Of a DNA stretch of 64,000 bases, positions 47,381 to 57,036 are shown piece by piece. Position 1 is the first letter of the stretch, and every line of letters begins with the position of its first letter. The stretch lies in IMG/VR virus record IMGVR_UViG_3300030380_006483, one strand, 5' to 3'. Source of the stretch: a virus. The translations under genes were made by a program, and so were the position numbers. The notes under the pieces were generated by a model that saw nothing but the letters and a program-made list of their open reading frames with translations, was not told where the DNA came from and did no database searches.

Positions 47381-47687
47381 AAAAGAATATCCATTAATCT
47401 ATAAAACTTACGTAGAAGTAATGGATGAGCAATTTGAATTATTTGCTAAAAAACATCTTGATTATGGAATGGGTAATGTATCAGCAGGTACACAACTCGC
47501 TAATGATGAAGAAAAAGATTTTGCTATGACTGGTTTATGGTATAGACTATCTGATAAAATAAACAGATGGAAAAATATGATATTAACAGATAGAAAATGC
47601 CAAAACGAGACATTAATAGATACATTCCAGGATATAACCAATTATGGTATTATTTGCCAAATGGTTTCTAAGGATAAATGGAAATAA
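47349..47687 (+). CDS. DUF1599 / nucleotide-modification-associated domain protein
   Basis: FAKKHLDYG..R.SDK.NR..ETLIDTFQDITNYGII. Confidence 0.7.
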   Translation: MKKMTAKEILKKEYPLIYKTYVEVMDEQFELFAKKHLDYGMGNVSAGTQLANDEEKDFAMTGLWYRLSDKINRWKNMILTDRKCQNETLIDTFQDITNYGIICQMVSKDKWK

Positions 47688-48616
47688 ATTACGCTACAGA
47701 TAAAGTTGTATCATTTTCACAATATTCTACTTATAAATCTTGCCCCCATAAATGGTATTTAGAATATGTAAAAGGTCATAGGGATACAAAACCTAACATG
47801 TATTTTGTGTTTGGGACCGCTATACATGAAGCATTACAACATTATCTTCAAACTATGTTTGATACATCAGCTAAAAAAGCTGATGATTTTAATTTAAATT
47901 TATTCTTCAAAGAAAAAATGATTGAAGAGTATACTAAATATAAGAAAAAACATGGTCATTTCGCTACACCAGAATTATTAAATGAATTTTATTCAGATGG
48001 TGTAGGAATATTAGATTGGTTTAAAAAACATAAGCGTGGTCGAAGAAATTATTTTTCACCTCGTAAACATGAATTAAAAGGTATAGAGGTTCCTTTAATA
48101 ACTAATCCAATTAAAGAAAGACCAAATATTAAGTATATGGGTTATATAGATTTAGTAATCTATAATAAAAAACTAGATGAATATACTATATTTGATATTA
48201 AAACATCTACTAAAGGATGGAGTAAATGGGAAAAAGGAGATAAAACAAAACATAACCAACTTTATCTTTACAAACAATATTATTCTGAATTATTTAAAGT
48301 ACCATTAAGTAAAATAAATGTAGAATTTTATATTGTTAAACGTAAAGTATTAGATTTTGATGATGAAAATTTAAAATCACCCCATCAAGCATACCGTGTC
48401 CAAAATTTTAAACCAGTTGATAATAAAAAACGTTTAAAAGATGCAAAAGAAGATTTTATTTCCTTTATAAAAGAATGTTATACTGATACTGGTAATCCTA
48501 TAGATAAAGAATTTGAAAAGAAAATTGATAAACCTTGTGATTGGTGTGACTTTGGAAAAAACAAAGATTTATGCGGAGCTTCACTAACTCCCGATGAAAA
48601 GTTTTTTAGTTTTTAA
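47678..48616 (+). CDS. PD-(D/E)XK exonuclease (RecB/Cas4-like)
   Basis: SFSQY..CP..FGTAIHE..MGYIDLV..FDIKT..QL.LY..C.WC.F..C. Confidence 0.85.
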   Translation: MEINYATDKVVSFSQYSTYKSCPHKWYLEYVKGHRDTKPNMYFVFGTAIHEALQHYLQTMFDTSAKKADDFNLNLFFKEKMIEEYTKYKKKHGHFATPELLNEFYSDGVGILDWFKKHKRGRRNYFSPRKHELKGIEVPLITNPIKERPNIKYMGYIDLVIYNKKLDEYTIFDIKTSTKGWSKWEKGDKTKHNQLYLYKQYYSELFKVPLSKINVEFYIVKRKVLDFDDENLKSPHQAYRVQNFKPVDNKKRLKDAKEDFISFIKECYTDTGNPIDKEFEKKIDKPCDWCDFGKNKDLCGASLTPDEKFFSF

Positions 48617-48649
48617 GAATCCATATATTTATATATATAAAAATAGATT

Positions 48650-48841
48650 ATGACAAAAAAAGAGTTACAACTAACAAGTGTTAAAGTTCATAAACACTTA
48701 TTCGAAGAGTTTAAAATAGAGTGCGTTAAAACAAAATTTTCATTCCAAAAGCTTGCAGACCGGGCTATTTGTTTGTATCTTACAGACGAAGATTTTAGAA
48801 AAGAAATTCATAATAAAACAAACTTAACACTAGACAATTAA
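48650..48841 (+). CDS. Small ribbon-helix-helix-like regulator
   Basis: LTSVKV beta-strand, then helices LFEEFKIEC and FQKLADRAICLYL. Confidence 0.55.
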   Translation: MTKKELQLTSVKVHKHLFEEFKIECVKTKFSFQKLADRAICLYLTDEDFRKEIHNKTNLTLDN

Positions 48842-48847
48842 AATTTT

Positions 48848-50284
48848 ATGAGAGAGGGTTATTTACCAAAAGATCAAAGGAAAAAAATCCTGTTCCTTTG
48901 TGATGATATTCGTATGCATTCAGGTGTTGCTACAATGGCAAGAGAAATTGTAATAGGAACCTGCCACAGGTATAATTGGGTTAACGTAGGAGCCGCAATT
49001 AATCATCCGGAAGTAGGAAAAAAATTAGATTTAAGCCAGGATACTGGTAATAGAGCAGGCGTTGAAGATGCTTCAGTATTTCTATATCCACAAAATGGGT
49101 ATGGTGATACTACAATATTAAGACATTTTTTAGACCTTGAAAAACCAGATGCTGTATTTATTTTTACTGATCCAAGATATTGGGAATGGTTATTCCAAAT
49201 TGAAAATGAAGTTAGAGCAAAATGTCCATTAGCTTATTTAAATATTTGGGATGATCTACCCGCACCTTTATATAATGAATCCTATTATGATTCATGTGAT
49301 ATGTTGTTAGGTATTTCAAAACAAACAGAAAATATTAATAGGCTAGTTTTAGGAGATAAAGCAAAAGATAAAATTATATCTTATGTACCTCATGGTATAA
49401 ATGAAGAACAATTTTATCCAATTGATGAAAATCACGAAAAATGGAATGATCTTCAAACAGCTAAAAAACAACTATTTGGAGATGAAGAATATAAACATGT
49501 ATTTTTCTTTAATTCAAGAAATATTAGAAGAAAAATGCCTTCTGATTTATTAGCTGCTTATAAAATATTTAAAGAAAATTTACCCGAAGAAGAAAAAGAT
49601 GATGTATGTTTAGTATTACATACCGCTCCAATAGATGGTAATGGTACTGATTTATATGCTGTTAGAGATTTATTATTAGGTCATGATAATAGTGTTAAAT
49701 TCTCTACATCTAAATTATCTACAGAAGGTATGAATTATCTTTATAATTTAGCAGATGTAACAGTCTTACCTTCTTCAAATGAAGGTTGGGGATTATCATT
49801 AACTGAATCAATGATGGCAGGAACTATGATAATTGCTAATGTTACAGGTGGAATGCAAGATCAAATGAGATTTGAAGATGAAAATGGAGATTGGATTAAA
49901 TTTGATGAAAATTTTCCTTCTAACCACTTTGGAACTTATAAAAAATGTGGAAAATGGGCTTTACCTATATTCCCATCCAACACAGCAATGGTAGGTTCAC
50001 CTAAAACACCATACATTTGGGATGACAGATTAGATTTTAGAGAACTAGCAGATACATTAATGCAGTCTTATAAAATGTCTAAAAAAGAAATTAAAGAAAG
50101 AGGATTAGCAGGAAGAGAATGGGTTACATCAGATGAATCTATGGCTTCAGCTAAAAATATGAATAAAAATATTGTTAGTAATTTTGATAAATTATTTAAA
50201 ACATGGAAACCACGTCCTAATTTTCACTTTAGTAAAATAGATGAATTACCAATAAAAACATTAACACATAAATTAGTATATTAG
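48848..50284 (+). CDS. GT-B glycosyltransferase (GT4-like)
   Basis: SGVATMAR, NSRNIRRK, EGWGLSLTE. Confidence 0.85.
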   Translation: MREGYLPKDQRKKILFLCDDIRMHSGVATMAREIVIGTCHRYNWVNVGAAINHPEVGKKLDLSQDTGNRAGVEDASVFLYPQNGYGDTTILRHFLDLEKPDAVFIFTDPRYWEWLFQIENEVRAKCPLAYLNIWDDLPAPLYNESYYDSCDMLLGISKQTENINRLVLGDKAKDKIISYVPHGINEEQFYPIDENHEKWNDLQTAKKQLFGDEEYKHVFFFNSRNIRRKMPSDLLAAYKIFKENLPEEEKDDVCLVLHTAPIDGNGTDLYAVRDLLLGHDNSVKFSTSKLSTEGMNYLYNLADVTVLPSSNEGWGLSLTESMMAGTMIIANVTGGMQDQMRFEDENGDWIKFDENFPSNHFGTYKKCGKWALPIFPSNTAMVGSPKTPYIWDDRLDFRELADTLMQSYKMSKKEIKERGLAGREWVTSDESMASAKNMNKNIVSNFDKLFKTWKPRPNFHFSKIDELPIKTLTHKLVY

Positions 50285-50286
50285 TT

Positions 50287-51582
50287 ATGAGTAAACCTTA
50301 TATAGTAGTAAGTTGTCCAATTGATACTTATTCTGGTTATGGATCAAGAGCCAGAGATGTAGTCAGAGCATTAATGAGATCTGACAAATATGATGTAAAA
50401 ATTTTATCACAAAGATGGGGTAACACACCTTATGGATTTTTAAATGAAGATAATCCTGAGGAGAAAAAAATGAAGGATGCTATCATCCCCCCTCAACTTC
50501 AAAGGCAACCTGATGTTTGGATCCAAATAACAGTTCCAGATGAATTTCAAAAATTAGGTAAATTTAATATTGGTATTACAGCCGGTATTGAAACTGATTT
50601 ATGTGATGTAAGATTTATACAGGGAGCTAATAAGATGGATTTAATATTGGGTTCTTCAAATCATAGTTTATATGCATTAAAAAACTCGCAGTATGAACAA
50701 AAGGATAAGGCAGGCCAAGTAGTAGGTATAATTAAATTAGAAGCACCTACAGATATTTTATTTGAAGGGGTTGATTTAGAAAAATATTTTCCTATTGAAC
50801 CAAAAGATCTACCTAAAACAGAATTGGTAAAATCTTTAGATACAGTTGAAGAAGATTTTAGTTTTTTATATGTAGGACATTGGTTAAGAGGTGCTATCGG
50901 TGAAGATAGAAAAAATACTGGTTTACTAGTTAAAACTTTTCTTGAAACATTTAAAAATAGAAAAAAAGCACCTGCATTAATTATGAAAACTATGACAGGT
51001 CCTGCTTCTATTATGGATAGAGATGCAATATTAAAGAAGATTGATGCTATTAGAAAAAGTGTAGAAGGTAGATTACCTAATATATACCTTATCCATGGAG
51101 ATATAGAAGATTCAGATGTAAATCATTTATATAACCATCCTAAAGTTAAAGCAATGATTAATTTAACAAAAGGTGAAGGATTTGGTAGACCATTACTTGA
51201 ATTTACCAGAAGTAAAAAACCAGTAATAGCATCAAACTGGAGTGGACATTTAGATTTTTTAAATGCTGAATTTGCAAGTTTAGTCCCTGGTGAAATAAAA
51301 CCAGTTCATGAATCAGTAGTTCAAGATAGGTTAATACTAAAAGAATCCAAATGGTTCGCACCGGATGCAAGTTTTGCATCTTTATTGATGAAAGATTATG
51401 TTAATAGCTATAAAGGGTATGAAATTAAAGGTAAACGTTTAGCCCATTATTGTAAAGAAAACTTTTCATTTGAAAAAATGCAAGAAAAATTAGAGGAAAT
51501 TATGGATAAAAATGCTCCTAAAAAAGTAGAAATTAAACTACCAAATATTAAGAAAATTTCATTACCTAAAAAAGATGACTAA
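50287..51582 (+). CDS. GT-B glycosyltransferase
   Basis: SGYGSRAR, DRKN, GEGFGRPLLE. Confidence 0.82.
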   Translation: MSKPYIVVSCPIDTYSGYGSRARDVVRALMRSDKYDVKILSQRWGNTPYGFLNEDNPEEKKMKDAIIPPQLQRQPDVWIQITVPDEFQKLGKFNIGITAGIETDLCDVRFIQGANKMDLILGSSNHSLYALKNSQYEQKDKAGQVVGIIKLEAPTDILFEGVDLEKYFPIEPKDLPKTELVKSLDTVEEDFSFLYVGHWLRGAIGEDRKNTGLLVKTFLETFKNRKKAPALIMKTMTGPASIMDRDAILKKIDAIRKSVEGRLPNIYLIHGDIEDSDVNHLYNHPKVKAMINLTKGEGFGRPLLEFTRSKKPVIASNWSGHLDFLNAEFASLVPGEIKPVHESVVQDRLILKESKWFAPDASFASLLMKDYVNSYKGYEIKGKRLAHYCKENFSFEKMQEKLEEIMDKNAPKKVEIKLPNIKKISLPKKDD

Positions 51583-52033
51583 AGATAATTTAACAATATG
51601 TCCTAAATGTGGTGGTGACGCATGTTATGTAACACCCCTGAACGCTGAAAAAAATAACTATTTTTGTTTTGGTTGTGGTTTTCAAACTAACGATTTAATG
51701 GTTATGGGTGAATTCGATTTTGAACAATACGAAGAAACACTACCAGAGCTTTATAAGGATATTAAAGTAAATGATTCATCAGATAGGGTATGGTATCCCA
51801 TTACAGTTAATATAGAAAATAAAGGTACTGTATTTGCTAAAGGTACAAGTTTATTAAATTGGCAGTGGGCTGGTGTTAAAGTGAAAGAAGTTAGTAAAAA
51901 AGAACAGGATAAATTTAAAATACCTGGAACAAATAAATCATACAAATATAAAACTGATATGAAAACTATGAAAGAATTTCCAAAAGGAGGTTTTATGGAT
52001 TCATTAGAATATATTGGTTTTTTTAAAGGATAA
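51575..52033 (+). CDS. Zn-ribbon protein
   Basis: CPKC..CFGC motif. Confidence 0.65.
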   Translation: MTKDNLTICPKCGGDACYVTPLNAEKNNYFCFGCGFQTNDLMVMGEFDFEQYEETLPELYKDIKVNDSSDRVWYPITVNIENKGTVFAKGTSLLNWQWAGVKVKEVSKKEQDKFKIPGTNKSYKYKTDMKTMKEFPKGGFMDSLEYIGFFKG

Positions 52034-52036
52034 ATT

Positions 52037-52672
52037 ATGGGAATAAGTTTTTTAGTTACAGCATATAACGAATACGAAGATTTAAAAAAATTACTAGCTC
52101 AACTTTTACAAGTTATAAAATCAACAGATGAATTAGTAATCCAATTAGATAATAAAGCAACAATTGAAGTTATTCAATTAGTAGATAATTTTATAAAACA
52201 AAACAAAGATACAATTGAAATTAAAAAATGTCATTTTGATTTAAATAAAGACTTTTCATCATTTAAAAATAATGCTAAGGGCTATTGTACTAAAGATTGG
52301 GTATTTCAAATAGATGCTGATGAGACTTTAAGTGAAACATTTTGTAGAATATTACACGAAGTATTAGAGACAAATGAAGAAATTGATTTAATAGCTGTAC
52401 CAAGAGTTAATATAGTAAATGGTTTAACACAAGAAGATGTTACACAATGGGGGTGGCAATTAAATAATCAAGGTTGGGTTAATTGGCCAGATAGCCAACA
52501 TAGAATTTTTAGAAACAAACCAGAAATTAAATGGGTAAATAAAGTACATGAAAAAATAGTAGGATGGAGAACATATGCTGAACTACCATCTGAAGATGAT
52601 TCATATGCTTTATATCATATAAAAGATATAGATAGACAAAGGGCACAAAACAAATTTTATTCAACAATATGA
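52037..52672 (+). CDS. GT-A glycosyltransferase (GT2-like)
   Basis: TAYNE, DFSSFKN, IDADE, WPD.Q.RIF..VHE. Confidence 0.85.
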   Translation: MGISFLVTAYNEYEDLKKLLAQLLQVIKSTDELVIQLDNKATIEVIQLVDNFIKQNKDTIEIKKCHFDLNKDFSSFKNNAKGYCTKDWVFQIDADETLSETFCRILHEVLETNEEIDLIAVPRVNIVNGLTQEDVTQWGWQLNNQGWVNWPDSQHRIFRNKPEIKWVNKVHEKIVGWRTYAELPSEDDSYALYHIKDIDRQRAQNKFYSTI

Positions 52673-53574
52673 AAAAGGTATTAATTACGGGGGGTTATGG
52701 TATGGTAGGTTCCGCTATGGAATCTCAAATTAAATTATCAAGGGAAACTTGTGATTTAACAAATTCCAAACAAACACATAAATTATTCCAATTAATTAAA
52801 CCAGATGGTGTAATACATTGTGCTGGTAAAGTTGGAGGTATAGGGGGAAATTCAAATTATAAAGGTGAATACTTTTATGATAATTTAATGATTAATACTA
52901 ATGTAATTGAATCTGCAAGAAAATCAGGTGTAAAAAATTTAGTAGCATTTTTATCAACATGTGTATTTCCTGATAAAGTAAAATATCCACTTACAGTTGA
53001 TCAAATACAATTAGGTGAACCACATGAATCAAATTATCCATATGCTTATGCTAAAAGAATGGCGGATGTTCAAATTAGAGCTTATAGAGAACAATATGGT
53101 ATAAATTATACATCAATAATTCCATCTAACATTTATGGTCCTAATGATAACTTTTCATTAGAGCATGGCCATGTAATGCCCATGTTGATTCATAAATTAT
53201 ATTTAGCTAAGAAAAATAAAACAGACTTTACTGTATGGGGAAGTGGGAAACCATTAAGAGAGTTCATATATTCCAAGGATATAGCTAAAATAGCAGAATG
53301 GGCTTTATTTAACTATGAGGGTACAGATCCTTTAATTATAAGTGGTGATGAAGAAATATCAATTAAAGATTTAGTTGGTTTATTAGTTGATGAGTTTAAA
53401 TTTAAAGGTAAAGTTATATTTGATAAAACAAAACCAGATGGACAATTAAGAAAACCATCAGATAACTCTAAAATAAAAGAACTGATGCCTGATTTTGAAT
53501 ATACTCCATTTGAACAAGGTATAAAAGAAACAGTTAATTGGTTTATAGAAAACTATGATGAGGCAAGAAAATAA
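52669..53574 (+). CDS. fcl: GDP-L-fucose synthase (epimerase/reductase)
   Basis: TGGYGMVG, KVGGI, STCVFP, YAYAK, NIYGP.DNF, HVMP, REFI. Confidence 0.9.
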   Translation: MKKVLITGGYGMVGSAMESQIKLSRETCDLTNSKQTHKLFQLIKPDGVIHCAGKVGGIGGNSNYKGEYFYDNLMINTNVIESARKSGVKNLVAFLSTCVFPDKVKYPLTVDQIQLGEPHESNYPYAYAKRMADVQIRAYREQYGINYTSIIPSNIYGPNDNFSLEHGHVMPMLIHKLYLAKKNKTDFTVWGSGKPLREFIYSKDIAKIAEWALFNYEGTDPLIISGDEEISIKDLVGLLVDEFKFKGKVIFDKTKPDGQLRKPSDNSKIKELMPDFEYTPFEQGIKETVNWFIENYDEARK

Positions 53575-54112
53575 TAATTATACTTATCATTCTATATTAA
53601 ATTTAGGTTATTGGAGTAATATTTTAGAAGATGTAAATGTTAATTACTGGGTTGATAAATGTTACCAAATAAAAAATCATATCCCTTCTAGTAAAAAAAG
53701 TAATATAGAAGGGTATCAATCTCCTAATATTTTTACTCACCCTGATTTTTTTGATCTAATTTCTGTTCTTTCAAAACATATAAAAAAGTTTAAAAAAACT
53801 CCAAATTTAATAATACAATCAATGTGGGTAAATATATCTTCTTATGGTCATGCTAATTCTTTACATGTCCATAACAAATATAAAGATGAAGATGGAGTTA
53901 AAGTAGAATCTGGAGTGTTTTATCTAAAAACAAATAGTAAAAGTGGACAACTTAGATTTTATAATCCTATAGATCTAAGTATCCAATATGGTTTATCTCC
54001 TAAACCTTCCCAAATAGTACTATTTAACTCAGACATTTTACATAGTGTGGATCCTAATTTATCAAAAGAAGATAGAATATCAATAGCTTTTAATTACAAA
54101 ATATATGGTTAA
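53555..54112 (+). CDS. 2OG-Fe(II) oxygenase-like protein (TIGR02466-like)
   Basis: SMWVN..HANSLHVH..SGVFY..LFNSDILHSV..RISIAFN. Confidence 0.78.
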   Translation: MMRQENNNYTYHSILNLGYWSNILEDVNVNYWVDKCYQIKNHIPSSKKSNIEGYQSPNIFTHPDFFDLISVLSKHIKKFKKTPNLIIQSMWVNISSYGHANSLHVHNKYKDEDGVKVESGVFYLKTNSKSGQLRFYNPIDLSIQYGLSPKPSQIVLFNSDILHSVDPNLSKEDRISIAFNYKIYG

Positions 54113-55079
54113 AAAAACAGCACTTATAACCGGTATAAATGGTCAAGATGGATCATATTTAGCCGAATTTTTATTAAAAAAAGGATATGAAGTATGGGGT
54201 ACAATTAAACGTAATTCTGTAGCTGAAAATCAAACATCTAGACTAGATAAAATTTACCCTCAATTATTAGGTAAATTACAATATGCTGATCTAACCGATC
54301 TAGCATCATTGATTTCAATAATACAACAATGTCAACCCGATGAAATTTATAATTTAGCTGCGCAAAGCCACGTTAGAATTTCATTTGACCAACCTATATA
54401 CACAGCACAAGCTACAGGTATAGGAACATTAAATTTATTAGAGGCAATTAGATTAACTAAACCTGATGTTAAAATGTATCAAGCATCAAGTAGTGAAATG
54501 TTTGGTAATAATATAGATAAAGATGGTTTTCAAAGAGAAACTACCCCTTTATCCCCAGTATCTCCCTATGGTTGTGCTAAAGTATATTCTTATAATATTT
54601 GTAACAATTATAAAAATTCATATAATTTATTTATTTCAAATGGTATTTTATTTAATCATGAATCACCAAGAAGAGGAACTAATTTTGTAACTAATAAAGT
54701 AGTTAAAACAGCGGTTGAAATTAAAAAAGGATTACGCAATGAATTAGTATTAGGTAACTTACAAGCTACTAGAGATTGGGGACATGCAAAAGATTATGTT
54801 AAAGCAATGTGGTTAATGTTACAACAAGATAAACCAGATAATTTTGTATGTGCAACAGGCATTTCCCATTCAGTGCAAGATTTAGTAGAGTATACTTTTA
54901 ATAAATTAGATTTAGATTGGAATCAATATGTTAAAACAGATGCTAAATACTTACGTCCTGAAGAATTAAAAGATTTAAAAGGTGATTCAACAAAATTAAG
55001 AGAATTAGGTTGGACAGCTGATTATACATTTGAAACAATGATAGATGAAATGATTAATTATTGGATGGAAAAATTATGA
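54105..55079 (+). CDS. gmd: GDP-mannose 4,6-dehydratase
   Basis: ALITGINGQDGSYLAE, NLAAQSHV, QASSSEMFG, YGCAK, LFNHESPRRG.NFVT.K. Confidence 0.96.
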   Translation: MVKKTALITGINGQDGSYLAEFLLKKGYEVWGTIKRNSVAENQTSRLDKIYPQLLGKLQYADLTDLASLISIIQQCQPDEIYNLAAQSHVRISFDQPIYTAQATGIGTLNLLEAIRLTKPDVKMYQASSSEMFGNNIDKDGFQRETTPLSPVSPYGCAKVYSYNICNNYKNSYNLFISNGILFNHESPRRGTNFVTNKVVKTAVEIKKGLRNELVLGNLQATRDWGHAKDYVKAMWLMLQQDKPDNFVCATGISHSVQDLVEYTFNKLDLDWNQYVKTDAKYLRPEELKDLKGDSTKLRELGWTADYTFETMIDEMINYWMEKL

Positions 55080-55888
55080 GATTAAAAATAAAACATTTTG
55101 ATAAAAAAGTATTTGAATCTAAAATGCAACATCTTAAAGATATTGATTTTACACTATTTGTAGATGATATACCACAGTCCGAAAGTGAATTAACTGATTT
55201 AAATTTTTTAGTACTACAAGAACCAAATGAATATTTTGGTTTACATGATTGGGCAATCAAAAACGAACATTTATTCTCAGCAATATTAACTTGGGATAAT
55301 AAAGTAATTAGTAGCTGTGAGCAAGCTGTATTATTGCCTTTTGGACATACTTGGATGACACCACACTTTTGGAATAAATCTTATGATAAAAAATTTCAAG
55401 TGTCTCACTTAGCAGGTAAATTAAATAAAACATATGGTCATAGTTTAAGACATGAACTATTAGCTAGGAAAAATGAAATTAATATAGATAAAATATTTCA
55501 CCACACTTATGGTAATAGACATGATATAGAAAATGCTAGGGCAGGTAAAGTAGAAATATTCGGTAATAGTCAATATGGTGTTGCAATTGAAAATACATCA
55601 CATAGAGGATATTTTACAGAAAAAATATTAGATTTATTGTTATTAAAAACAATTCCCGTATATTGGGGTTGTTCAAATATAGAAAAATATTTTAATACAA
55701 AAGGAATTATACGTGTTGAAAATGTAGATGATATAATATACCAGGTTAATGATTTAAATCCTATATTATATGATTCTATGTCAGATGTAATAGAAGAAAA
55801 CTTTCAAACAGCATTAAAATATGTTGATTATGAACAAAGAATAGTAGATTATATAACTAAAGTTTTTAAAGAAAATAATATAATATGA
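55076..55888 (+). CDS. GT10-like (alpha-1,3-fucosyl)transferase
   Basis: YGVAIEN..GYFTEKI.D..IPVYWG; likely ATG at 55076. Confidence 0.75.
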   Translation: MRLKIKHFDKKVFESKMQHLKDIDFTLFVDDIPQSESELTDLNFLVLQEPNEYFGLHDWAIKNEHLFSAILTWDNKVISSCEQAVLLPFGHTWMTPHFWNKSYDKKFQVSHLAGKLNKTYGHSLRHELLARKNEINIDKIFHHTYGNRHDIENARAGKVEIFGNSQYGVAIENTSHRGYFTEKILDLLLLKTIPVYWGCSNIEKYFNTKGIIRVENVDDIIYQVNDLNPILYDSMSDVIEENFQTALKYVDYEQRIVDYITKVFKENNII

Positions 55889-57036
55889 GAAGAAAAGTTT
55901 GGTATGCCCCCCATAGACACGAATCATTTGGAGAAGCAGAAATTAAAGCAGTTGAAGAATCACTTAGAGATGGGTGGTTAGCAGGTTTTGGTCCTAAATC
56001 TGTTGAATTTGAACAAAAAATTGCCAAAGAATTTGGTAAAAAATATGGTGTTTTTGTAAATTCGGGCTCATCAGCATGTTTATTAGCAATAGCAGCATTA
56101 GATTTAGAACCCGGAAGTGAAATTATTACTCCTGCTCTTACATTTTCAACTACATTAGCTCCTATTTTACAATTAGGATATAAACCTAAATTTATAGATT
56201 CACAATTAAATACTTATGTTCCAAGTGTAGAACAAATACTTGAAGCAGTTACTAATAAAACAAAAGCTATCATGGTGCCTAATTTAATTGGTAATAAACC
56301 AAATTGGTCTATGTTACGAACTCAATTAAATAGAATAGATAGAAACGATATTATTATAATTGAAGATTCAGCTGATACAGTTACTGAAACATTACAATCA
56401 GATGTATCAACAACAAGTTTTTATGCCTCACACGTTATTACAGCCGGTGGAATGGGTGGTATGGTAATGTTTAATGATGAAAAATATGTTAAACGTGCTT
56501 TAATGTATAGAGATTGGGGTAGAATTGGTGATAATAGTGAAAATATGGATGAACGATTTGCACATAATGTAGATGGAATACCTTATGATTATAAATTCTT
56601 ATATGGTGTTTTAGGTTATAATATGAAATGTACTGAACATTCAGCAGCATTTGGCCTAGTTCAATTAGATAAATTCCAAACATATAAAGATATAAGACGT
56701 AAAAACATAGAACGTTATTTAGATAATTTATATAATGTTAGAGAAATACTACTACCTGATGATAGTATTAAACCAAATTGGTTAGCAATACCACTTCAAA
56801 CAGAACGTAGATTAGAATTATTAACATTTTTAGAAGAACAAAATATACAAACAAGAGTTACATTTGCTGGTAACGTTACTAGACACCCAGCATATAGAGA
56901 ATATTTACAAGATTTCCCCGTTGCTGATGAAGTAATGAAGAATGGATTCTTATTAGGTGCTCATCATGGTATGAATACTGATGATGTAGATTATGTTTGT
57001 GATAAAATAAAAGAATTTTTTGGATATGATAAATAA
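55885..57036 (+). CDS. PLP/PMP-dependent NDP-4-keto-6-deoxyhexose 3-dehydrase (RfbH/AscC/ColD-like, DegT fold)
   Basis: NSGSSA, IEDSAD, SFYASHVIT (His at the Schiff-base Lys position), RDWGR, YDYKF..GYNMK. Confidence 0.82.
   Translation: MRRKVWYAPHRHESFGEAEIKAVEESLRDGWLAGFGPKSVEFEQKIAKEFGKKYGVFVNSGSSACLLAIAALDLEPGSEIITPALTFSTTLAPILQLGYKPKFIDSQLNTYVPSVEQILEAVTNKTKAIMVPNLIGNKPNWSMLRTQLNRIDRNDIIIIEDSADTVTETLQSDVSTTSFYASHVITAGGMGGMVMFNDEKYVKRALMYRDWGRIGDNSENMDERFAHNVDGIPYDYKFLYGVLGYNMKCTEHSAAFGLVQLDKFQTYKDIRRKNIERYLDNLYNVREILLPDDSIKPNWLAIPLQTERRLELLTFLEEQNIQTRVTFAGNVTRHPAYREYLQDFPVADEVMKNGFLLGAHHGMNTDDVDYVCDKIKEFFGYDK

Noticed and set aside
4268-56683. Minus-strand ORFs in the track (e.g. 8817-9080, 22687-22965, 43269-43646)
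   Set aside because: All lie fully antisense to well-supported + strand genes and have no motifs; they are shadow ORFs
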